Assembly (NCBI GenBank): GCA_049423385.1
Contig: JBMSQQ010000016.1
Span: 1-45,434, forward strand
Direction of reading: 5' to 3'
DNA from: Silvanigrellaceae bacterium
Lineage (GTDB): Bacteria; Bdellovibrionota_B; Oligoflexia; Silvanigrellales; Silvanigrellaceae
Length of the DNA stretch: 45,434 nucleotides
Below, piece after piece: positions 38,152 through 45,434 of this stretch. The notes beneath the pieces were generated by a model. It was not told the DNA's origin. It saw only the letters and a program-made list of their open reading frames with translations, and searched no databases. The position numbers and the translations under genes are program-made. The first letter of the stretch is position 1; every line of letters begins with the position of its first letter.

Positions 38152-39516
38152 TCATTTTGCCGAGAAGATTGGCTCGGGAAGATTCACCGTGACAGCCAGA
38201 TTTTCGCATTCAAGCGCTGCTGAGGATTTGGCCAACAACGGTTCGATGCAGTGGTCGTTGTCGAACACAATCAGAATGGTTTTGTCGTTGAGAACGGTGA
38301 TTCCCTCAGCCTTCTCGGGAAGACTGTAACCCCGCAGTGCCGGGACCAGGTTGACGAGAACCCGGGTCTCAAGTTCAGTGTAAGGCATTTTGCCTGCCTC
38401 GTAGGCAACAGTATCGTTCAGACGCGTGGTCTTATCCGTGACTTTTGCCTCAACAATCACCATGTGGCGTCGCTTGGCACTGTGTTCAAGGAGCAAGAAA
38501 CGCTTGCCGGATTCATCCAGCGGGGCGAGGTCACCAATCTTCACATCCTCGTGCTTGCTGCCGATATCCACCGAATCTTTGGTGTGATTGTAGGCAAACT
38601 GTTCTATCAAACCGGTCTTTTTGTTCAGGCGGATGATGCGGTGCAGTGGGGTGTTCGGATTGCCGTGCCCGGGTTCGCCCGATGCGCCCCCATTGGAATT
38701 CAATGGGCTTTGCATTGCAGCGAAAACGAATTGCCCCGAAACGGCAACGCCCTCAAATCCGCGGTTGTCCGCACGATGGCGCAAGGCCCATGGCAAACTG
38801 GGGGTCTGTGGCGTGAAGTTTGGTGCTGGGCTCCAGCGGCGGAGAATGTTTCCGGCTGATCCAGCTTTCAGTAAGGAAGGACCATATTCCTCGACAAACC
38901 AGAATTCGCGCTGATTGCTGTCGTCGAAGCTTTGGGCGACGCCTTCAAAATCATAGCCCTGCAAAGACCCGGGCAATGGGCTGAACACGCCATTGCTTGC
39001 CTTGATCTCCCATCCGCGCTCGCCGGTGGAGAGATTGGCCAGCGCCGAGGGCAAGCCGTTGACGGGGATCCCATTCTCGCGAATTCCGAGTCGCTCAACC
39101 ACAACTCCTTGCCCAGCCGCATTGAGTTTTATCTTGAAGAGTGATTGCTGGTGGCTCGGGACCGGAAAATAGCGATCACCCTCCTTGAATTTCGCCTCAC
39201 CAGTGGAATCCTTGGGTTCCAGATACAAGTTCAGGCCACGATCATTGATCGTCCAAAATTCGTCCCTGCTGAAGGCGCCACGCGACGTCTGGACTCGACT
39301 TGCGCCGCTCCAGCCACCTTCGGAATAGGCAAACTCACGCGGAAACCGGCTGATGCCAACCTGATTCAAATTCTTGAAACGATAAACCTGTGCCTCCGCT
39401 GCGGGTACTCCACGTTCGAAATTTTTTGTTTCCGGAGAGCTGACGCAGCCTGCAACGAAAACGACAAGGGTTAAAGGTTGAATCACGTGCTGTTTGCTGA
39501 GCATTTTTAATTCCAT
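38152..39516 (-). CDS. Esterase-like activity of phytase family lipoprotein
   Basis: Lipobox VAGC; INDRG, DFEG, EEYGP, NRGFEG, MQSPL, EKAEG and DND motifs. Confidence 0.82.
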   Translation of the reverse strand: MELKMLSKQHVIQPLTLVVFVAGCVSSPETKNFERGVPAAEAQVYRFKNLNQVGISRFPREFAYSEGGWSGASRVQTSRGAFSRDEFWTINDRGLNLYLEPKDSTGEAKFKEGDRYFPVPSHQQSLFKIKLNAAGQGVVVERLGIRENGIPVNGLPSALANLSTGERGWEIKASNGVFSPLPGSLQGYDFEGVAQSFDDSNQREFWFVEEYGPSLLKAGSAGNILRRWSPAPNFTPQTPSLPWALRHRADNRGFEGVAVSGQFVFAAMQSPLNSNGGASGEPGHGNPNTPLHRIIRLNKKTGLIEQFAYNHTKDSVDIGSKHEDVKIGDLAPLDESGKRFLLLEHSAKRRHMVIVEAKVTDKTTRLNDTVAYEAGKMPYTELETRVLVNLVPALRGYSLPEKAEGITVLNDKTILIVFDNDHCIEPLLAKSSAALECENLAVTVNLPEPIFSAK

Positions 39517-39526
39517 TCAAACGGTT

Positions 39527-41014
39527 TCACTGGGCGGCGTTGAAAATTTCCAAAAGTGATTTGTGGATGATTGGTGCAGTGCTTGCCCCGAGCGAGTTTT
39601 CTTCTCCATACGGCGCGCTTTTTTCGCCATAAGTGAAAGGTGCTTTTTCATCCCATTGGCTGCGCGGAACGATGTAGCCGATTTGGTCGTTGGTCAAACC
39701 AATGAGCATGTTCATTTGGCCTTTCATGACACTGCGCAGGGGTGGCACTTCCACTGGTTGAGTCAGCTTGAAGTCGTTTCCTTCGGGCGTTTCAACTCCA
39801 CCATTGGCAATTTCCGGATAAAGCTCGCCTGGAATCGTGCCAATCCAAACGTCGCCGAGCTGAAGGAGTCCGACTTCGCTGCGTGTTTTGAAGCCGGATT
39901 CAAACTTGCGGCGAATGATTCGCAAGAGGGCGGCAGCGCGGAATTTGACGTTGTCGACCGGAAGAAGAATCGACTTTGCAGTCCAGTTGAGTGTGTTTTC
40001 CGTGATCTCTTGTTCCTGTCCTGAGGAAATGCCAGCGAGAACCGCTTCTGAAATGCGATAGCCAACGGTTCTGGCCTTCTCAAAACTGGGTGTCACAAGC
40101 GTTTGATTCAGTACGTTGTCGACAACCGGAGTGTCGTCGAGTGTGGTCATCAAGCCGCCTATGGCTCCATTGATGTAGACAACCTGTCCGCCCACGCCTG
40201 GCTTGAGTGTTGCGTTGTCGTAAACGATACCTTCCTCAATGCCGGCGCGCAGATAATGAACAAAGTCCGAGGTGAGGGCAGTGTTTGCGTTCCAAAGAAC
40301 TTCCGGATGGTTGGCCCAGGTGACCAGCATCCCCAATGTTTGCTGACTTGAGGGTTGAACAAATCGGAGGACCCTGACGTTGGAATCAAAAACTTGTGGC
40401 ATGCGCGTGTCAACCAAGACGTCTGCTCCCACGTTGTTGAGTTCCATGCGACGCACCTGCACCGGTTCAAGTCGGCCCACTGCAGTGCGGATTGCTTTCG
40501 CAGTTTGTTCCTTGACCATCGATAGATATTTCGAGTCGACACCTGTTTTTGTAAACGAGGGTCCCCAGATGCCAATCAGGTCGGGAGCCTCGTGGCTGTG
40601 GGTTGACGAGATGAGCACGAAATCGAGGCCAAGTTCTTTTTGAACCTGGGCACGGATGTCGAGAATGTCGTTGTGCATGAAACCGATGGCATCGAGCGCG
40701 ACCATGACGCCCTTTTTGCTGCCGTTGCTGAGTGCGATGGCGCTGGCATACAGCGGGTCGTGCACCGATTTGGCCTGGCGCTTTTGCCCGAATCCGGCAA
40801 TCCAGATGGGATGTTTGGGATCATTCACGTCGGGTGTGATGCTCTCGCGGGCAAAACCGGCGGCCAGTGCATCCTGTGCAGATTGGGCCTTGGACTGCAA
40901 AGATGGCATGGTCATTCCAAATATGCCAAGGCAAAGAGCCAGTCTCGCCCGGATGGATTGGGGAGTTGCGAATCTTGGAGCATTTTCTGCCCATTGATGG
41001 ATGCCAAACATCAT
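39527..41014 (-). CDS. Neutral/alkaline non-lysosomal ceramidase N-terminal domain family protein, 495 aa
   Basis: ITP, AGFG, VHDPLYA, SSTHSHEAPD, WANHP, GAIGG, IPGE and GYI motifs; GGGAG SD before ATG 41014. Confidence 0.75.
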   Translation of the reverse strand: MMFGIHQWAENAPRFATPQSIRARLALCLGIFGMTMPSLQSKAQSAQDALAAGFARESITPDVNDPKHPIWIAGFGQKRQAKSVHDPLYASAIALSNGSKKGVMVALDAIGFMHNDILDIRAQVQKELGLDFVLISSTHSHEAPDLIGIWGPSFTKTGVDSKYLSMVKEQTAKAIRTAVGRLEPVQVRRMELNNVGADVLVDTRMPQVFDSNVRVLRFVQPSSQQTLGMLVTWANHPEVLWNANTALTSDFVHYLRAGIEEGIVYDNATLKPGVGGQVVYINGAIGGLMTTLDDTPVVDNVLNQTLVTPSFEKARTVGYRISEAVLAGISSGQEQEITENTLNWTAKSILLPVDNVKFRAAALLRIIRRKFESGFKTRSEVGLLQLGDVWIGTIPGELYPEIANGGVETPEGNDFKLTQPVEVPPLRSVMKGQMNMLIGLTNDQIGYIVPRSQWDEKAPFTYGEKSAPYGEENSLGASTAPIIHKSLLEIFNAAQ

Positions 41015-41469
41015 TTGTTCTCCCGAAAAATTTGAGGTGCCGTGCATCATACCTGAACAGTTTGGGGTTTGCACAACTGCTGCAATTGAACGCCTTTGTT
41101 TGAGGCAATATGAGTCGGCGCTGAGGCACTAAAAATCGAATCCAAAATAAAAATTCAGAAGACGAAGACTTGCATAAATAAAAAAATTTTCATGCTTCCA
41201 GTCGGTGCCAACACCAGCTTGCAGCTGCAGCTGTGAAACCTTTGTATCAAGATTTGCACTATCTCCAGGAAGGGCACTCAATTAGCTCTTTCCGGTTTTA
41301 GTTTTGCCAAGGCACCAACGCCGATTCGACTCTCATACATGTCCAGGGCCAAACGAAAAAAAACAAAAAAATGGCACGATTCTTTGCACACTGAGTTGTT
41401 CTCCTGTTTCGTTGATTTGTGGTTCAATAAGGGATCATCGGATTGGATTGAAAACAGGTTGTCTTTCAG

Positions 41470-42786
41470 ATGGAACAAGGCGTGGCTCAGGGGCAAGCAT
41501 TTGTTGCAGCGATAAAAAAGCCACCCGTGCTTTTGTCGTTGATTTCTGCGAGCCTTCTCATTTTCTTTTACTGCTTTGGAACACTGAATTTTTGGTCGCC
41601 GATGGGCGGATCTGTTGCCTACGATACTTTCACCCTCCCGCGCTGCGGGCTCGCCATCCGCTTCGGGACAGATCCCTTCACCTCTTCAGCTGATTATCCG
41701 TTTTATGGTAACTTTGCGACCAACTGGGCCTCGCATCCGCTTCTATGTGTCGTTGCGGGGGCTCCTTTGAGTTATCTGTCACCCGGACTCGAACAGTTGG
41801 TCACCACCTCACTTTATTGCATTCTGCACTTTTGGATTCTCGTTTCGTTTGGAGCCAGGTTGGCACCTGCAGCAGTTCCAACTGTTTCGGAATCACGAGT
41901 CTTGAAAGCAATTTGGCAGAGTTTGAAACAATGGCATTTGCGTGACTATTTGTTTTTTTCTGCGGCAGGTTTCTTTTTTCCCTGGTACGTCATGCTTGTG
42001 TTGGGTCAATATCACGCAATTGTTGTTTTTGCGCTGGCTGCAATACTGCTTTCCGAAAGAAATCTTGTCCTGGGCTTTGTCCTGAGTGCCATTGGAAAGC
42101 CGGTTTTGGCGCCGGCTGCATTGGCATTGTTTGCCGCGAGGAAATGGCGGATCATCCTGATAATATCAGCAATCTGTGCTCTCTGTTATCTTCCCTGGCT
42201 TGTGTTGCGTTACGATGTTCCCCGTGGACTTCATTTGGGAATGAACGAGAGCTTCATAAAGTTTTTTGAGGTCAGTTCGAGGTACACCCGCTTTTCCGTG
42301 GTCGGTTGGAATCAGGAGATGGGTTGGTCAAAGATCTTCGACGAGTTTGCCAATCCCAATGAGCATTTTCCATTTCGTGTCGCACTTGCCGCTCTTCCGG
42401 TTATGCTTGCTGTTTGGCTTGGATTTCAGAAAAAATTGCAGTTGGCGATTGCCGTTTCGGTTCTCTGGTTCTTTTTTCTTTATGGAAGAGGACACGAATA
42501 CCACTACACTCTGGCTCTCCCCTTGTTGGCTTTTCTTTATTGCCATGAGAGTGGTCGTTATCGAACGGCTTTCACGGCTGTCATTGCAATGATTGCTGCA
42601 GCACCCACGGTCTTTCCTTTGATCATGGGATTGCATGGATTCCCGACGACAGGTGCGGCGAACCATGCCGCCATGAAGGCTGCCAATCCCTTTTTGTTCT
42701 GGATTTACCTTCTTCACAAGCCAATCATTGCACCGCTGATATTGGTTCAGGTTTTTTGGGTCGAAAAAAATCAGCTGAATCATTGA
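41470..42786 (+). CDS. Polytopic membrane protein, GT87/DUF2029-like glycosyltransferase
   Basis: Many TM segments with an early periplasmic loop (..HP), LGQ and IGKP motifs, and HEYH near the C-terminus. Confidence 0.6.
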   Translation: MEQGVAQGQAFVAAIKKPPVLLSLISASLLIFFYCFGTLNFWSPMGGSVAYDTFTLPRCGLAIRFGTDPFTSSADYPFYGNFATNWASHPLLCVVAGAPLSYLSPGLEQLVTTSLYCILHFWILVSFGARLAPAAVPTVSESRVLKAIWQSLKQWHLRDYLFFSAAGFFFPWYVMLVLGQYHAIVVFALAAILLSERNLVLGFVLSAIGKPVLAPAALALFAARKWRIILIISAICALCYLPWLVLRYDVPRGLHLGMNESFIKFFEVSSRYTRFSVVGWNQEMGWSKIFDEFANPNEHFPFRVALAALPVMLAVWLGFQKKLQLAIAVSVLWFFFLYGRGHEYHYTLALPLLAFLYCHESGRYRTAFTAVIAMIAAAPTVFPLIMGLHGFPTTGAANHAAMKAANPFLFWIYLLHKPIIAPLILVQVFWVEKNQLNH

Positions 42787-42824
42787 ATTCAATTGGCATT
42801 CAAAAGGGTCCGTGAATCAATTTC

Positions 42825-44096
42825 TTATTCCAGAGCTCTTTCCACCGCATCAGGATGCGCATCAATTTCAACAATTGAGTTTTCGTTTTTACCGCTTTCC
42901 AGGAAAACAGCTTCACTGTCCTTGAGGATGTTTCCGGTGAGGATGGCGACAACGCGTTCTTTTTTGCCGATGATTCCTTCGGCGACAAGATTTCTGATTC
43001 CGGCGAGCGTGCACGCACTGGCAGGTTCACAGCCGATTCCAGCCCGGTCGATGGCTTTCTTCGCTGCGAGTATTTCTGCGTCGTTCACCTGCGCCACAAC
43101 ACCTGCCGTGGCCTCGATCGCACGCCGGCCTTTTTCAAAGTTGACCGGATTTCCGATCCGGATGGCGGTTGCAATCGTCTCGGCATTGACTGATTCAAAG
43201 CTCGAAAATTTTTTTGTGTAGCTTTGGTAGAACGGGTTGGCACCGGCGGCCTGGATGGAGGCTATTTTGGGAAGGCGATCGATCCAGCCCCATTCTTTTG
43301 CCTCGAGCAACGCTTTGCCAAAGGCAGATGTGTTGCCGAGATTTCCAGCCGGCACAACGATCCAGTCGGGAACTTTCCAATCGAGCTGCTGGAGCATTTC
43401 CCAGATGATCGTCTTTTGTCCTTCAAGTCGAAACGGGTTCACCGAGTTCACAACGTAAAGCCCAAGCTTGTGGGCGAGCGAATTGACCAGATTCATGGCT
43501 GTGTCGAAATCGCCACGCACGGCAAGGCACTTGGCCCCGTAAGCCACTGCTTGCGAAAGTTTGCCTTTGGAAATTTTGCCTGCGGGCAGGAAGACGACTG
43601 ACTGGATTTTTGCATGCGCAGCATAGGCAGCCAACGCGGCACTGGTGTTGCCTGTAGAAGCGCAGGCGACTCTTTTTGCGCCCAGCATTTTGGCCATGGT
43701 GATGGCCACCGTCATGCCGCGATCTTTAAACGAACCGCTGGGATTCTCGCCTTCGTGCTTGAAATGCAGATCTTCTATTCCCGCATAAGCTGACAAATCC
43801 GACCGCGCATAGAGCCGTGTGCCTCCTTCGGGGTGGGTGACAATCTGGTTCTCGGGTACCGGAACAATCCATTCACGAAAGCGCCACACACCGCTTTGAT
43901 CCACCGGCAGGCGTGATCCAATGCGTTGGTGAAAAAGTTCGCGTGACGCGGCTGTTCCCTTGTTCAATTGCTGAACTTCCAGCAGGCCGCCGCAGGCGCA
44001 ACGGTATTCGGTGGTATTCCAAGGCAAAGCCTTCTGGCAGCGTACGCATTGCAGGCGGATCGACGAGAATTCCTGATTTTGAAACGGCTGATTCAT
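42825..44096 (-). CDS. thrC: Threonine synthase
   Basis: KHEGENPSGSFKDRG, CASTGNT, NSVNPFRLEGQKT and PAGNLGN; N-terminal Zn ribbon. Confidence 0.95.
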   Translation of the reverse strand: MNQPFQNQEFSSIRLQCVRCQKALPWNTTEYRCACGGLLEVQQLNKGTAASRELFHQRIGSRLPVDQSGVWRFREWIVPVPENQIVTHPEGGTRLYARSDLSAYAGIEDLHFKHEGENPSGSFKDRGMTVAITMAKMLGAKRVACASTGNTSAALAAYAAHAKIQSVVFLPAGKISKGKLSQAVAYGAKCLAVRGDFDTAMNLVNSLAHKLGLYVVNSVNPFRLEGQKTIIWEMLQQLDWKVPDWIVVPAGNLGNTSAFGKALLEAKEWGWIDRLPKIASIQAAGANPFYQSYTKKFSSFESVNAETIATAIRIGNPVNFEKGRRAIEATAGVVAQVNDAEILAAKKAIDRAGIGCEPASACTLAGIRNLVAEGIIGKKERVVAILTGNILKDSEAVFLESGKNENSIVEIDAHPDAVERALE

Positions 44097-45010
44097 ATTT
44101 TGCGTGCCCCTCGATTCGAAATTTCACACACCCTGGCTTGCGCGGCGAGGGGAAGAAAGCCCTTGACCATCGCGTCGGCTATCGACTCAGCGTCCTGGCG
44201 TGAGTCGACAAGTGCGAACACACTGGGTCCCGCACCGCTGATCGAACATCCCAAGGCTCCCGCTTCAATTGCGGCGGTTTTCACTTTTGAAAAATTGGGA
44301 ATGAGATGTGCACGTCCGGCCTCTGCAAACGGATCTTGAAGTGACTCGCGGATCATTTTTTCGTTGCCGGTCGAAAGGCCAACCGCGAGCCCGACGGCGA
44401 GGGCCATCTGACGTGTCCATCGCGCCGTCGGCAACGAATCGGGCAGCACGGCTCGTGCCGTTTTGGTGGCAAGCTGCAGTTCGGGAGTCACGACGATGCA
44501 TTTGAATCCGGATGCGAGTGGTAGTTTCTGCACCACGGGTGGCTCGGTGGATTGCACGGCGACGAGCCCGCCGTAAAAACACGGAGCGATGTTGTCGAGG
44601 TGCCTTCCGGCAACCAGCGATTCTCCCGCGAGTGCCGCCCGCAAGACGTCGTTGTCGCTGAACGGGACTCCTGCCGCGAGTGCAGCCGCCAGAGCTCCGC
44701 CCGTGGAGGCCGCGGCACTGGATCCCATTCCGCCAGAAATGGGCAGGCTGCGTTCGCTCCAAAGGCGAATACCGGAACGGATGTTTTTGCTGGCAAGAAA
44801 TGCTTCTGCAGCAACCACGGTTGCATTGATACGCGGATTGAGTGGAACCTTGTCCGCATCTTTGCCGCGGATTTCTTCCACAACCGAAGCTCCGTTGATC
44901 AGCTCGACGGTGAAGACATCGCCTGCGCCTTCAACCGCCATTCCCAGAACATCGAACCCGGGCCCCAGGTTTGCAATGGTGGCGGGCGCAAAAACCGAAA
45001 TTTTTGCCAT
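44093..45010 (-). CDS. thrB: Homoserine kinase
   Basis: APATIANLGPGFDVLG, GMGSSAA, HLDN and ISGAGPS; GGAGG SD before ATG 45010. Confidence 0.95.
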   Translation of the reverse strand: MAKISVFAPATIANLGPGFDVLGMAVEGAGDVFTVELINGASVVEEIRGKDADKVPLNPRINATVVAAEAFLASKNIRSGIRLWSERSLPISGGMGSSAAASTGGALAAALAAGVPFSDNDVLRAALAGESLVAGRHLDNIAPCFYGGLVAVQSTEPPVVQKLPLASGFKCIVVTPELQLATKTARAVLPDSLPTARWTRQMALAVGLAVGLSTGNEKMIRESLQDPFAEAGRAHLIPNFSKVKTAAIEAGALGCSISGAGPSVFALVDSRQDAESIADAMVKGFLPLAAQARVCEISNRGARKI

Positions 45011-45030
45011 GAAAATTCCTCCGCAAAAAT

Positions 45031-45434
45031 TCAAACGCCGAAATAGGAGGTCGCAATGGCGACCACATCGTTCACAACACCCGCAGCAGTCACCTCGGCT
45101 CCAGCGCCCGGACCCGTGACGATAAGAGGATTCGAATCGTAGCGGCGCGTGCGGATGACAATCTGGTTGTCGGTTCCTTGCAGACGACCCAGCGGAGAAT
45201 TTTCCGAGACCATTTCCAGACCCACAGACAACTTTTCTTTCTCAATGCGTGCAACGTAGCGTGGCACGAGCCTTTGGCTGGCCCCTTTTTGAACCATGTC
45301 GGCAATCTCTTGGTCCATTTCCGACAAACGTTGAACAAACATCTCGGGATCCGCATGAAAAAGGCGCTCTGGAAAAAGAGGTTTTGTTTCAACGTCGCTC
45401 AGGTTCAGGTTTCTGCCGATGGTGCGCGACAGGA
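45031..45434 (-). CDS. thrA: Aspartokinase/homoserine dehydrogenase, C-terminal part (partial)
   Basis: The frame is open to the window end. LSRTIGRNLNLSDVE...RYVA...GTDN...PLIVTGPGAGAEVTAAGV is the homoserine dehydrogenase C-terminus; it lies upstream of thrB-thrC. Confidence 0.88.
   Translation of the reverse strand, partial: LSRTIGRNLNLSDVETKPLFPERLFHADPEMFVQRLSEMDQEIADMVQKGASQRLVPRYVARIEKEKLSVGLEMVSENSPLGRLQGTDNQIVIRTRRYDSNPLIVTGPGAGAEVTAAGVVNDVVAIATSYFGV

Noticed and set aside
41222..41233. Palindrome CAGCTGCAGCTG in the intergenic region
   Set aside because: Low-complexity, single instance, no supporting context.
41372..41388. TGGCACGATTCTTTGCA as a sigma54 promoter for the GT87-like gene
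   Set aside because: GG and GC are 11 nt apart; sigma54 needs GG-N10-GC.

Overview
Gene-dense bacterial chromosome segment. The gene content (DUF3015, orphan Cys-rich secreted proteases and lipoproteins, large TPR protein) suggests Bdellovibrionota/Oligoflexia, which is an inference. Left end: a very divergent mutagenesis cassette (imuA-like, imuB-like, dnaE2 partial; minus strand) runs divergently from a lexA with an atypical recognition helix, and two adjacent perfect palindromes sit in the 82-bp shared intergenic region. Next come a partly decayed accessory patch (cytochrome c lipoprotein fusion, DUF3015 and dienelactone hydrolase fragments) and a trypsin-like lipoprotein coupled to a 12-Cys secreted protein. 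A minus-strand run follows: dprA, dusB, a His-rich protein, sbtA, sbtB-like and a pentapeptide repeat gene. The middle holds yceD, an MFS transporter, yajQ, a short flbD absent from the ORF track, a gluzincin/P-domain peptidase, a TPR protein, a MacAB-like ABC exporter, four orphan lipoproteins, and a binding protein + hybrid kinase + Hpt module. The right end holds tkt, lptE-like, grxC, phytase-like, ceramidase-like and GT87-like genes plus thrC-thrB-thrA (partial). No rRNA, tRNA, CRISPR array or transposase was recognised. All family calls come from motif recognition by eye, not database searches.
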